NCBI GenBank assembly: GCA_951406725.2
Contig: OX597839.1
Location: 8,122,001-8,186,000 of the forward strand
Origin: Octopus vulgaris
Lineage: Eukaryota
Direction: 5' to 3'
Length of the DNA: 64,000 nt
Under the pieces are notes generated by a model. The model saw only the letters and a program-made list of their open reading frames with translations. It did not search any database and had not been told where the DNA came from. Position numbers and translations under genes: made by a program. Shown piece by piece: positions 12,892 through 27,529 of the stretch (position 1 is its first letter; each line of letters opens with the position of its first letter).

Positions 12892-12895
<4 letters not shown>
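12735..12895 (-). mobile_element. Penelope-like terminal-repeat fragment with 20-bp inverted ends
   Basis: ATATCCAAGGTAGTGTAGTA / TACTACGCTACCTTGGATAT; contains a hammerhead; related copy at 37458-37592. Confidence 0.65.
12749..12836 (-). ncRNA. Type I hammerhead ribozyme
   Basis: UGUGG-CUGAAGA-U-UGCU...AGCA-U-GAAA-C-GAUU-GUA-CUACA: intact core, 5-bp stem I, 4-bp stem II, near-palindromic stem III. Confidence 0.7.
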
Positions 12896-12936
<41 letters not shown>

Positions 12937-12963
12937 CATACATACATACATACATACATACAA

Positions 12964-13105
12964 CAGGCTCCTTTCAGTTTCCGTCTATGAAATCTACTCA
13001 GAAAGCTTGGATCGACCCTAGACTATAACTGAAGACACATGGTCAAGGAGGCACGGTGTGGAATTGAACCCGGGAACCATGTTTTTGGGATGCAAACTTC
13101 TTACT
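12964..13105 (-). mobile_element. Diverged SINE family C 5' half
   Basis: Degenerate match to the family head and CCTTGGGCAAG-type segment. Confidence 0.7.
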
Positions 13106-13868
13106 GTGCAACAACGCCTGCGCTTATACACGCGCACACACACGTGCACATACATGCGTCCACATACACACACACACACATATGCATGTGAGTGTGTACG
13201 TATTCACATACACATACACACTCGCGTACATACACTCACACAAGAAATCAAAGAATTTGATTGTTTGCAGCTAAAATAAGGCTTCGCGTTACGGCATTTA
13301 ATCGACTTCTTTTTTAGGTATCGTTTGATTATAGGCTTCCCCGTGAAGTCGTACCGTTGAAATATGGGGCTTGCTGAATTTACCTACCCATTGCCCCCTC
13401 TTAACTATTTCCATTTTATCTTCTTCCTGAAAACTTTCCCTTTACTTAGTCCCCATCTAATGCCTTTTTTTTTCTGTGATGTAATAAACACAGGTTTTGT
13501 ACTTTATCATCTCTGATATCTGCAATATTTTCTTTTCCCTTTTCTTTTTTATTTGCACGAGGGTGTCGGATGATATTTGTGTTACATCGAAATTGTTGTG
13601 TTGTAAAGTTTGTTTCCTTGTTATTTTACAAGCACACATATTTGTTCCTAAAAGCTTTTATGGGATTGAGAATGCGATTCGACTGTATATGTGATATTTG
13701 AATTGCGTTATTGAATTAAAAAAACAAAAATTAGAATGTATGAAGCGTGTAGCAAGATTGTCATCCAACACTTTTTTTTTTCGAAAAGGGTGGTTCTACA
13801 AAATTATTACACCTGTATTGTATTACTTCATTGATATTTTTGCTCATACTTTTTTAAAATGTAGAAGT

Positions 13869-13881
13869 ATCATTATTATTA

Positions 13882-13934
<53 letters not shown>

Positions 13935-14016
13935 GTTATTATTATTATTGTTATTATTATTATTACTATTATTATTACTATTATTATTATCATCATTATT
14001 ATAATTATTATTAATA

Positions 14017-14083
<67 letters not shown>

Positions 14084-14436
14084 TATTATTATTATTATTA
14101 ATATTATTATTATTATTATTACTATTATTATTATTATTATTATTGTTATTAATATTATTATTATTATTATTATTGTTATTATTATTATTACTATTATTAT
14201 TATCATCATTATTATTATTATTATTATTATTATTTATATTATTAATATTATTATTATTATTATTATTACTATTATTATTATTATTACTATTATTATTATC
14301 ATTATTATTATTATTATTACTATTATTATTATCATCATTATTACTATTATTATTATTATTATTAATATTATTATTATTATTACTATTATTATTATTACTA
14401 TTATTATTATTATTATTATTATTACTATTATTATTA

Positions 14437-14476
<40 letters not shown>

Positions 14477-14532
14477 CATTATTATTATTATTATCATTAT
14501 TATTATTACTATTATGATTACTATTATTATTG
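13869..14532. repeat. (ATT)n microsatellite, ~660 bp
   Basis: Directly visible. Confidence 0.97.
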
Positions 14533-14623
14533 ATATTGTACTTGCTGTTGTTGTTGTTATTCATTTGCCTCTTACATTCAATACTCGTTTCTTCAGTATT
14601 TCCATTTCCATGTTCTCATATTC

Positions 14624-14670
<47 letters not shown>

Positions 14671-14790
14671 GCATGTACATTAATGTATCTGTGTACATGT
14701 ATATGTGTATATGTAGATTTCCATATATGTGCATCTATCTATCTATCTATTTAGCAAATATATCTATTTATCTATCTATCTGCCTGAGTA

Positions 14791-14840
<50 letters not shown>

Positions 14841-14859
14841 CATATATATATATATATAT

Positions 14860-14906
<47 letters not shown>

Positions 14907-14959
14907 TATGTGTGTGGGGGGGGATATTGTTTTCTTTTATGATATTTAAGTAATCCTCT

Positions 14960-15250
14960 TTGATCTGCTAAGCTGACATTTCCCAGAGTATCGTCGCCAT
15001 GTCATTGTCACATACCGGATTTGATTCGTGCTGCTCGTCGTGTATAACCAGTTTCATTATATAAGTCTCTTCCACATATTGTCAGATTGACCAAAGAAAT
15101 TCTGCTTACTACGCCAGTCACGTCTGTGGACAAATTCCGTCTTTTCGACGACTGGACAACCGGAAATGATGTTATTGATTGCTTCCTTAATTTGATAAAT
15201 TAACGTGCAATGGATGCTAGCGTCTTGTCGTATTATTTTACTCCAGTTCA
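14960..15250 (-). pseudogene. Old R4/Dong-like LINE remnant (zinc-knuckle to endonuclease region)
   Basis: EAINNIISGCPVVEKTEFVHRRD and [10 protein letters not shown] resemble the R4-clade ETIDHIxSGCPxLAxTEYxxRHD and xILWD motifs. Confidence 0.55.
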
Positions 15251-15390
15251 ATGTCTTTTGTTTTGTTTGTTTTTTGGGGTTTTTTTTTACCAGGAATTTG
15301 TTCGATCGGATCTAAATTTAGCTCTTCCCTTTACACCTTTGGTTTACAGCATTGAAGTCGTTATTGGCTTTCATACTGGTTTGCTTCGTC

Positions 15391-15569
15391 TATAGGTGTG
15401 CTGAAAATTTCCTGGTTTTAAGAGTATCGCAAAAAGCCTGGCTGGAGGCTCAAAATTCCGAGTTCTTTTACAGGGCTTAGAAAGATGAACGGACCGCTGC
15501 AAGTCATAATTTACTGATCTTCCTATATTTTCTTTACCCAAAACCTGGAACTTTTCAACACCCTTCGTA
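15391..15569. mobile_element. Mariner-derived MITE remnant
   Basis: Imperfect TIRs GGTGTGCTGAAAATTTCCTGGTTTT / AAAACCTGGAACTTTTCAACACCCTTCGTA. Confidence 0.65.
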
Positions 15570-15869
15570 TGTCCAATTTTGCCTGATGCACCACTACACA
15601 CACAAGCACAATCACACACGCACACACAAATACACACACACACACACACACACACACACGTATATATATATAAAGATAGGTTTATGTCATTTGAAATGGA
15701 GGACAGGGTTTATATACCAAAAATCGAAATAGTTATGATGTGAATGAAAACTACTTATTTATCGCCCTCATGAATAATTTCCACCACACCCACGTACATA
15801 CACACGCATATATATGCACGCATACACACACGCATATATATGCACGCATACCCACACGCACACACACAT

Positions 15870-16042
15870 ACTTTTTCTCTTCTTTTTTTTTATCTCTCCT
15901 TGTTTCTCTCTTTGTTTTTTTTTCTGTAGAAGAGCGTGGGCTCGAAACGTAAAAGACCTTTTCTATTCCTGAGCGTTATCTGTTTGTTTTGTACACCACC
16001 TGTCTTCGTCTTTTGTTTTTTTTCGTAAACTTTCCCTACCTA
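15870..16042 (+). mobile_element. Hammerhead-bearing short element, family H copy 1
   Basis: TTT-CTGTAGA-A-GAGCGTGGGCTC-GAAAC-GTA-AAAG at 15921-15955; ends CGTAAACTTTCCC next to (TA)n. Confidence 0.75.
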
Positions 16043-16328
16043 TATATATATATATACATACAACCATACACATATATGCACACACACATAGATTCAAAAT
16101 GACAGAACATTTCAAAGAACTTCTCCCAAAACATCCTTTTTCAAACAAACCCTAAAATGTATATTGAAATCCTGAGTTTTTTCGACTAAATCAAATTTAT
16201 ATAAAATGTATGGATTTTCTATAAGAAATCATTCGTGATGGATCCCTGAAGGCGGACGAGAGCTCTAAAACAAATGCTTTTTTTACAAATCCTGACAATA
16301 TTCTTTTTCTCAACACATAAACATAGAC

Positions 16329-16423
<95 letters not shown>

Positions 16424-16478
16424 CGCACACACATACACACACACACACACATATATATGTATATATATATATGTATAT

Positions 16479-16573
<95 letters not shown>

Positions 16574-16576
<3 letters not shown>

Positions 16577-16798
16577 CGCAGGAATCGATGTATGGTAAGC
16601 AGCTTGCTTACTAGCCAGATGGTTCCGGGTTCATATATATATACATATATACGACGGCCTTCTTTTAGTTTCTATCTACCAAATCCACTCACAAGGCTTT
16701 GGTCGGCCCGAGGCTATAGTAGAAGACACTTGCCCAAGGTGTAACCTGGAACCATGTGATTGGTAAGCAAGCTACTTACCACACAGCCACTCCTACGC
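16574..16798. mobile_element. Two SINE family C 5' parts in inverted orientation
   Basis: Plus-strand head 16574-16633; minus-strand head and body 16651-16798. Confidence 0.8.
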
Positions 16799-16844
16799 TG
16801 TTGGTTGTATCGTTGATGTTGCTTTTGTTGTTCCTGCTACTGTT

Positions 16845-17230
16845 ACTGTTGCTGTTGAGCGAACGGTCTTTGTCCCAGTGCTCGTAAGATGGGAGAAGTC
16901 CGAAACGTTTGTCCTTTGCTATCCGTAAGATCCGCAGAAGAGAAAGCAGGTCAACCCCCGACACCGAGAGCATCGACGGATGGATGAATGCGCATCCAGG
17001 CTCAATGGTTACATAGGAAGTCGGAGACAAGAAACAGGAAGAAAGAGTGAGAGAAAGTTGGAGCGGAAGAGTACAACAGGGGTCGCCACCCCACCCACCC
17101 CCTGCCGGAGCCTCGTGGAGCTTTAGGTGTTTCGGCTCAATAAACACACACAACGCCCGGTCTGGGGGTCGAAACCGCGATCCAACGAACGCGAGTCCGC
17201 TGCCCTAACCATTGGGCCATTGCGCCTCCA
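16845..17230 (-). mobile_element. SINE family R, tail type 4
   Basis: Family R head and body, followed by a tail not seen on other copies that ends in (CAACAG)n. Confidence 0.85.
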
Positions 17231-17956
17231 CTTACTTACTGTTGCTGTTCGTATCGATGCTGTTGTTGTTACTGCTACTGACAGTTCTAATCACTTGTTG
17301 CCTGGTAAGGAATGCCGTCCAAACAGTAGCGGTAACAGTAGTAATAGTAGCAGTAGTACAGCGGCTACCGTTTCTTCAGTGCGGTTCCCTAACTGCATTC
17401 CTTCAAACGCAAACCATTGTTTCTCTGCTCTATACACTGTCAGCCATGTCACTATAATATGAAGCAACGATGTGACAGCTGTGTGCTTCTACTTCTTCTT
17501 CTTTTTCTTGTAGTTGTTGTTGATGTTGTTTTACATTAAGCTCTGTCATAAGACCAGTTCCTCAACTCTTTCGCCTACTTTTCCTGCCCCCTCTCTCCTT
17601 CTGCGCCTCCTCCTCAACATCATCGTCATCATCATTCAGAGCCATCATTGCTGTCATCATCATCATGCCGCCGTCGTCGTCGTTGTCATCATCAGCAGCA
17701 GCATCACCATAATAATAATAATGATGATGATGATAATGATAATAATAATAATGATAATAATAATAATGATAATAATAATAATGATAATAATAATAATGAT
17801 AATAATAATAATGATAATAATAATAATGATAATAATAATAATGATAATAATAATAATGATAATAATAATGATAATAATAATAACAACAAAAATAATGATG
17901 ATAATAATAATAATAACAATAATAATAATGATAATAATAATAATAATAATAGTAAT

Positions 17957-18487
17957 TGCAGTACCAGGCTCTCGTGGCTTCTGATCTTAACTGATTGGAA
18001 GTGTTATCATGTACATTGTTTTGTTTTGGTATAAAAGATGGGCTACAGCAAATATTCTGCTCAATACCACAGATTTGCTTGTCAGTTGTTTGACCTTAAC
18101 CAGTTGAGCATGTCCCTTAGTGGCTGACGATATGTGCATCTCTGATCATGAGCAGAAGTAGTGGGGGAGCATCATAGCCATGTGTTGAGAGGGATTCTTT
18201 GAGGTTTGAATAATTCACCTCTGGAAACATGGGTGTTTCGTTCAACATCCTTAAACAACCCTTATTCAGGGACCTTTTGAGCGGGATGGGTTACTCGACC
18301 AGAAGAAAATTCAAACTGGGCCCCACCTGCAAGGTCATGTGCTGTTTATCTTGATATGAGATGACCATGTCGCACACATATGGTTGTGATGCATGTGCCT
18401 TATCAGACGGTAGTCATGATGGGTATACTGGGCCTCGTATATTTTACCCCAGTGTCACTTTGATGGCATGCACTGCTCTCTTACTCC

Positions 18488-18490
<3 letters not shown>
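17957..18490 (+). mobile_element. Near full-length family T element between (AAT)n tracts
   Basis: Reverse complement of 53472-54020. Confidence 0.9.
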
Positions 18491-19118
<628 letters not shown>

Positions 19119-19121
19119 GAT

Positions 19122-19262
19122 AAAAAGGGACCGATAGAATAAGTACTAGACTCGAAAATAAGGTCCTAGGGTGAATTTTTTTGACTAAAACCCTTGAATG
19201 TGGTCCCCTAGCATGGCCACAGTCAAATGACTGAAGCACGTTAAAGATGAAAGATAAAAGAT
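19122..19262 (+). mobile_element. SINE family C 3' fragment
   Basis: GACCGATAGAATAAGTACTAG...CAGTCAAATGACTGAA. Confidence 0.75.
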
Positions 19263-19867
19263 TAATGACTTATACAGTGAAAGATTTTGACAACTCACTT
19301 TAGCGATTTATGAAGATAAGGAAAAGGTTCGTCTATAAGATCGACTCTAGTTTTTGACTGGTATTTATATTGTTGACCCCTGCTGCCACGGAAGGATGCA
19401 AGAAGCAAAGTAAACCTGGGAAGTTACAAGATTAATGTTGAAAGGTAATTAGAAAAACAAACAAAAAATGGTGGAAATACCAAACATATGTCAATAGAAA
19501 ACAAATACGTTGTCTCTGGAAAGCAAAGAGCATCAAACAGAAATAGCGAAAGTGAAAGAGAATGATAGAGAGAATAAATGAGGGTGACGGAGATAAAGTG
19601 AGAGAGAGACATAAAGAGAAAGGGGGAGCTATGAGGAAGTAGATGTAGATTGTAATTATTTGTCCTAGAATTTCACGTAAAACGAAATAGATTTGTCCTT
19701 CCTGTCTGTTCTACATTCCGGTTATGAAATTTGGCATGATAAAACTCTGGGCTAATTTATTCAAATGTCAGAGTGCAAAGTTATAGTAACACATCACGGA
19801 AGAGCCTTACGTCAGTCAAATTCAGTGTAAGTGTGAGTATGCGCATGTATGTGTGTGTAAGTATTCT

Positions 19868-20682
19868 TCTTCTTTGTTTTCAGACATTTGATTGCTGCCA
19901 TGCTGGAGCACCGCCTTTTTCGTCGAACCAATCTAAAAAGGCGGTGCTCCAGGACTTATTCTATCGAATTCTTTTGCTGAACCGCCAAGTGACGGGGACG
20001 TAAACACACCAACATCGGTTGTCAAGTGATGGTGGGAAGACAAAGACAAACACACAAATATATACACATATATACACACACACACACACATGGAAATAGT
20101 AGTTGTGATACCTGTACCGGTGGCACATAAAAAGCACCATCCGAACGTGGCCGTTGCCAGCGCCGCCTCGACTGGCTTCTGTGCCGGTGGCACATAAAAA
20201 GTACCATCCGAACGTGGCCGTTGCCAGCGCCACCTCGACTGGCTTCTGTGCCGGTGGCACATAAAAAGCACCATCCGAACGTGGCCGATGCCAGCGCCGC
20301 CTTGGCTGGCTTCCGTGCCGGTGGCACGTTAAAAGCACCAACCGATCGTGGCCGATGCCAGACCCCCTTGGCACCTGTGCAGGTGGCACGTACAAAGCAC
20401 CCACTACACTCGCGGAGTGGTTGACGTTAGGAAGGGCATCCAGCTGTAGAAACACTGCCAGATCAGACTGGAGCCTGGTGCAGCCCCTGGCTTCCCAGAC
20501 CCCGGTCGAACCGTCCAACCCGTGCTAGCGCGGAAAACGGACGTTAAACGATGATGATGATGATATATGTTTGATTGGCTTCTGTCAGTTTCCGTCTATC
20601 AAATCCACTGACAAGGTGCCACGCAGTGGGATTGAACCCGGAACCATGTGGTTGGAAAGCAAGCTTCTTACTACACAGCCAC
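19868..20682 (-). mobile_element. SINE family C split by a nested insertion
   Basis: 3' half 19868-20090, 5' half ~20575-20682. Confidence 0.75.
20092..20563 (+). mobile_element. GC-rich retroposon with internal 67-bp tandem repeat and (GAT)n tail
   Basis: GT(A/G)CCGGTGGCAC at 20114, 20181, 20248, 20315 and a variant at 20377; then GTTAGGAAGGGCATCCAGCTGTAGAAAC...GGACGTTAAACGATGATGAT. Confidence 0.8.
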
Positions 20683-21175
20683 GTCCGATGCTCTAACCAC
20701 TAGGCCATGGTGCTTCCGCATAATATATAATACATGACATAAATTCAGTGTATGAAACGGAAAGTTCCCAGAATCCAAAGATTACATAATTCCATCATCT
20801 ATAGCATGGAGTTATCTTTTACAATACTGTTTAAAGCACATGGAAGGTCAACATCAAAGATCCTTTAATTAATCTTCCTTTGCAGGAAATAGATTACACA
20901 ACTAGAATTGAAAATACCTTTCTAGAATAACTTGAGAAGCGTTGATCTAAACCAAATATCTCAAAGAAGGTATTGAAGTTTCAAATTAAGGTATTGAAGT
21001 ATTTTTGTTTTGTTTTTAATATCAGAGTAAGCAAGGAAATGTACAAACGATTTGTATCGTCTTCTAATTTACAGCTATTTGGAACTTTACCTCTAGAGAC
21101 TGTTCTTGAAGAACAGCCACTTTAAATTATTACATTGGTTACGGAAATTTCGAATGCAGTTAAGTAAAATGATTA

Positions 21176-21330
21176 CCGTATTTATTCTTGTATAAGTCGC
21201 ATCACTAATTTCGTGTTCAACTTCGGTCCAAAGTATTGTCCCTTCATCATTTTAGATTATGTGTAAGTCGCATGCCAGTATTAATATTAAATCTAATATA
21301 GCTAAATCCAAGATACGGGACGAAATACGG
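21176..21330. mobile_element. pogo/Tc2-type MITE
   Basis: TA|CCGTATTT ... AAATACGG|TA ends with internal TAAGTCGCA repeats. Confidence 0.7.
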
Positions 21331-21409
21331 TATATTCAACAGGGAATGTCAAGAGTTAATTCTTAAGACAATAGAATTTCGGAACCAGAGAAATAAAGCT
21401 GTCCATTTG

Positions 21410-21645
21410 GTTTCAAATGTTGGCACAAGGCCAGCAGTTTCGGGGTGAGATGGGGAAGGTGAGGTGAGGGGGTGAGGTAAATCGATTGCATCGACCCTTG
21501 TACTCAACTGGTACTTATCTTTTCGAGGCCAAAGGGATGTAAGGCAAAGTCGACCTCTGCGAAATTTGAGCTCAGAATATAAAAACGAACGAAATGCTCC
21601 GAAGCAATTTTCCCGGCTTCCTAATGACACTGCCAGTTCACCGCG
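21410..21645 (-). mobile_element. SINE family M, tail b, diverged
   Basis: Matches 36050-36260 and 56101-56270. Confidence 0.7.
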
Positions 21646-21878
21646 GAAACAAACAGTACATATTACTGAAGAAAGGTCCAGAGATCAATGTCATTTCCTA
21701 ATTATTTTGAGACTAATGATAAATTCACTATCGTAAATTCATTTTCCTGCAGCAAAATTCTCAATGGAAATGATATTCTATGAACAAAATACATTTTAAA
21801 ATAAAAGTAAAAAATGACAACCGTCTGAGAAATTGAGAAAGACGTATAAAAGATTTTGATTTGTATACCATGAAGCAG

Positions 21879-22196
21879 TGGAGGCGCAATGGCTCAGTGG
21901 TTAGTGCAGTGAACTCGCGGTCGGAGGATCGCGGTTTCGATTCTCAGACCAGGCGTTGTGTGTTTATTGAGCGAAAATACCTAAAGCTCCACGAGGCTCC
22001 GGCAGGGGGTGGTGACGACCCCTATTGTACTCTTTCGCCCCAACTTTCTTTCACACTTTCTTCCTGTTTCTTGAATAACGCTGCAATGGACTGGCGTCCC
22101 TTCCAGCTGCGGGGGGGACACATACGTCATAGAAACCGGGAAACCGGGCCCATGAGCTTGGCTGGGCTTGAAAAGGGTGCATAAATAAAATAAATA
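21879..22196 (+). mobile_element. SINE family R, tail type 3 (V-domain-like), with TSD
   Basis: ATGGACTGGCGTCCC..CCAG motif; ATACCATGAAG duplicated at 21865 and 22197. Confidence 0.9.
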
Positions 22197-22355
22197 ATAC
22201 CATGAAGAAAACAGAACACCATATTTTAATGAAATATTATATTTTGTTATGTACTCTGCTAAATATATTAAAATCCAAGGCGATCATTTGCCAAGGCCAT
22301 CATTTGTACTCTGCTAAATATATTAAAATCCAAGGCGATCATAGATACGTATATA

Positions 22356-22461
22356 TTCTATATATACGCATCTATTTGCTTATGCATTCAAGTATAAATA
22401 CCTATATTGTCATAGGTATTTATAGTTGAATGCATAAGCAAATAGATACGTATATATAGAA
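22356..22461. repeat. Palindrome, ~50-bp arms, 6-nt loop
   Basis: TTCTATATATACGCATCTATTTGCTTATGCATTCAAGTATAAATACCTAT-ATTGTC-followed by its reverse complement with 2 mismatches. Confidence 0.92.
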
Positions 22462-23027
22462 GATACGAAGAGTTTTTGCCAGGGTGACTCAAAATAACAG
22501 GTATAGACTCTGAATGTTCAGATAGGCGTGCCACTAAAATTCTAGTTTGAACTAGAATGCTGAAGATGTGATTTTGTATGACGGCCTTTCCAAAACGGTT
22601 AGAAGTGGCTTCCCTTTGAGATGGTCGGTATAGATTAAAGAAGGAATGAAAAGGCAAACAGTTTGGTAATAATTGACAAGGACTTTTAATCTAGCTCTTA
22701 TGTATATGCATGTGAAAGCGTGTGAATATGTACATGAGTATAAATATCTATGTATGTTTTCGACTATCGTTCTCGCATGCCGATTGCAGGGGCATGAAAC
22801 TTAAGTCTCGCGAAAAGAAAAAGGACTGCGTTTCGATAAATCGTATGTCATGCAACATATATTGAGTGAATTGAGTTCTATCTTCCGCATTCGAGGTACA
22901 AAAGCCATCGTTTGAGCACGCTCTTTCAATATGCGCATATCTGTATATTTGCGTGCGCCGGCCTGCATAAATATATACATATGTACATGCTCTCTCTCTT
23001 TCTCTCTCTTTCACACACACACACACA

Positions 23028-23415
<388 letters not shown>

Positions 23416-23796
23416 TATATCTGTATACCTGCATTCAGACACTCATATAAACATTCAGACACTCATATATACACACGCATTGCATGTACGTAAGTATGCA
23501 TATATATTTTCTGCGTTAAATATTTCCTGTACTCATTTAAAGCGTTGCTTATTTTCCCCTTGTTTTGACAAACGGTTTGAGCAGTACTTTTAATTTAGGA
23601 TAAATTGAACTTACTGACATTTCTATAAAAAGTCGTAAAGGGAAAGAATTACGGTTAGTTCTGGCGGGAAAAGAGGAATCGGTAGAAAAGAACAATAGGA
23701 AGTAGTTGACTGTAACAATATGAATGGAGATTATTTTGCATATATATATATATATATGTGTGTGTATATGTGTGTGTATGTGCGTGAGCGTGTATG

Positions 23797-23830
<34 letters not shown>

Positions 23831-24054
23831 AGTATATAAACCTCATTCACGCTCATTACATTCACCTATTTCCTATTGTTCTGTCCTACCAATTCCTCTT
23901 TTCCCATTATATTACCATATTTGTTTCAATTATTCCCTTACGTCACTCATTTGAATGGTTATCCACTCTCTACCTCTCGATCTGTCTATCTTTATATATA
24001 TATATGTATAGTTATAGAGAGGTAGACAGATCGAAACGGTGACGTAAATATATA

Positions 24055-24100
<46 letters not shown>

Positions 24101-24132
24101 GCATGCATACATATATAGACACGCACATATAT

Positions 24133-24249
24133 GATCAGAGATGCACATATCGTCAGCCACTAAGGGACATGTTCAACTGGTTAAGGTCAAACAACTAACG
24201 AGTAAATCTGTGGTATTGAGCAGAATATTTGCTGTAGCCCATCTTTTAT

Positions 24250-24314
<65 letters not shown>

Positions 24315-24690
24315 TTATTATTATTATTATTAATATTATTATTATTATTATTGTTATTATTGAGTGAGAGAGCAGTGTATGCTATCAAAGTGACACTGGG
24401 GTAAAATATACGAAGCCCAGTATACCCATCATGACTACCCGTCTGATAAGGGTACACCAGGCACATGTACTACAACCATATGTGCGCGACATGGTCATCT
24501 CATATCAAGCTAAACAGCACATGACCTTGGAGGTGGGGCCCAGTTAGAATTTTCTTCTGGTCGAGTAACCATCCTACTCAAAAGGTCCCTGAATAAGGTT
24601 TGTTTAAGGATGTTGAACGAAACATCCATGTTTCCAGAAGTGAATTATTCAAACCCCAAAGAATTCCTCTCAAAACATGGACTATGAAGC
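24133..24690 (-). mobile_element. Two family T fragments (24133-24248 and 24360-24690) separated by (ATT)n/(ACT)n
   Basis: Match 53822-53938 and 53472-53800. Confidence 0.88.
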
Positions 24691-25137
24691 GCCTCCGTGA
24701 AAATATGTGTTATCATTTTGTTGATATCTTCTCCATATGCAATTCTTACATATCGCTCGTCTTTGTGACAAATAGAGAAATGATTGTTATTTCATAAGTG
24801 ATAATAATGGCATTTGACAAGAATACACCGCTGTGGCCACCACTAAATTCCGCCACCATGACCACCAACAGAAGCACACCACCACCACCACCAACAACAA
24901 CAGTAGCAAATGCAACAACGACAATAGCAGCAGTGGCGGCAATAACGTAAACAAATACAAACAAAAAAAATGCTTGACAGTAATTCTAATAATCGTTTAC
25001 ATCACAGCGACGATATGCAGAATATCATATTTATTATTGTTACTGCATATGTTGTTTTGGGTGTTGTAATACACGTTGTTTATCTTCATACACACACACA
25101 CACACATATATATATATACATACATATATATATATGC

Positions 25138-25170
<33 letters not shown>

Positions 25171-25396
25171 CTATGATTTTTGTTTATTATCACGAATACT
25201 GTTGTTGCTAGTATTATTATTGTTATAATTACATAGTGTCACGGACGGAATATAATATGAGAAATATTCATGGCTTATTGCGAAAAAAAAAAATGAAATA
25301 TTTCTGCTTCCATTCTAAATATTATTAATACTACTAGTAATAATAATAATAATGATAATAATATTAATAATAATAATGATAATAATAATAATAATG

Positions 25397-25430
<34 letters not shown>

Positions 25431-25517
25431 CAACAATGATAATAATAAAACTCTTGTCGATGTCAGTGTTATTATCATCATCATTATTATTATTATCATT
25501 ATTAATATTATTATTAC

Positions 25518-25550
<33 letters not shown>

Positions 25551-25833
25551 CATTATTATTATTTATAATATCGTATAGTGTTGACAAGTAAAACAAAATG
25601 AAGGCGGGAATTCAGAAGTTGTGCTTAGGGAAAGACATGCTGCCAATTTTCTCTCTCTCTCTCATTCTGCATAATATATATATATATATATACACATACA
25701 AATCTGATACGGTATTATATATATATGCTATATGCATAGGTATATATATATATTTATATATATATATATATCTACACATATATGTATATATGTGCGTATG
25801 AATATATGTGCGTGTGTATGTGTGTGTGTGAAT

Positions 25834-25910
<77 letters not shown>

Positions 25911-26116
25911 CGTGTGTAAGACGGTATCAGATATGGAAAGCAAATTAACAGGGGAGAATGAAGGGATGATTGGTGGTGAATATCGATCTCGAACAAAACG
26001 AGAAAGAATAAGAAATATGGCGGAATATTTGCATGTGTATGTGTAAGTACATACATGCCCCGCTTGCGCTTGTTTGTTCGTACATACACATATATAAATA
26101 TACACACACATATATG

Positions 26117-26175
<59 letters not shown>

Positions 26176-26180
26176 ATTTA

Positions 26181-26224
<44 letters not shown>

Positions 26225-27017
26225 TATGTATGTATGTTTATATGTACACGTGCGAACATATATTTGTGAGCATGCTTCTGTGTGTTTGTTTGTGTATATG
26301 AGAGTTTATATTATACAATAATGCCAAAAATTATGTATAGAAAGATTTGCCGTTAATAATTGTGAATGTTGAAGCGAAAATAAAATAAAATAATGACTGC
26401 GATGTTATTTGTATGAGAGAAAAATATGTATCAAAAATTTTTAGGATGTAAACAAAAAGGCGAATTGAGTTAGCTGAAAGAATTCGATAAAAGAACATAT
26501 TGAGATAGTGTTTTGATAAAAGATAGAAACGAATCCAGGACGACATTGATATATAAAGAGAAGAAACGTAAATATGTGGAAAACTCATAATATATAAAAT
26601 AAAAAATATGTAATGATTGAGATCATTATGTATGATTGATGATCTTGACTGTTTGATAGGATCTGTGTATGTTTGTGTGTTTGTTTGTTTGTATGATTGC
26701 TTGGTTTGGTTAGGTTTGGTTTGGGTTGGGTTGGCATGGGCTGGATTGGGGTACGTGAGTTTTGATGGGTTTTGGATGTTGGGTTTGCTTGTTATGGTGA
26801 TAGTGGGATTTTCGCGGCTAGTTGATGGGTACTGGTCGGTCGCTTGGTCGGTCGCTTGGTCGGTCGCTTGGTCGGTCGGTTGGTTGGTGGGTTTGACTAG
26901 GTGGGTGTGTTGGAAAGGTGGGGGGGGGCTGGTTGGTGAACCTATTTGTCGTTTATAATGAGAGTAAGATAGACGAGAGATGTACTCCTACATCCACTTC
27001 CACTTATAGACAGACAC

Positions 27018-27114
<97 letters not shown>

Positions 27115-27118
27115 TAGA

Positions 27119-27158
<40 letters not shown>

Positions 27159-27183
27159 AAGATAGACAGACAGACAGACAGAG

Positions 27184-27237
<54 letters not shown>

Positions 27238-27238
<1 letters not shown>

Positions 27239-27445
27239 GGGAGAGTTTACGAAAAAAAGCAAAAGACAAAGACAGGTGGTGTACAAAACAAACAGATGTA
27301 TTAGTATAATGCTCAGGAATAGAAAAAGTCTTTTACGTTTCGAGCCTACGCTCTTCTACAGAAAGGGACACAGAAAAAACAAGGAGAGAAACGAGGAGAG
27401 AAAAAAGGAAAGAAAATGTGCGTAGTGGCTAACGATCAGTCAACA
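27238..27445 (-). mobile_element. Family H copy 2
   Basis: Reverse complement CTTT-CTGTAGA-A-GAGCGTAGGCTC-GAAAC-GTA-AAAG (27330-27365). Confidence 0.8.
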
Positions 27446-27529
27446 ATAGATAGGAAGACAGATAGATAGATAGAGAGAGACAGACAGACAGACAGACTGA
27501 CAGACAGACTGATAGACATATATATTCTT

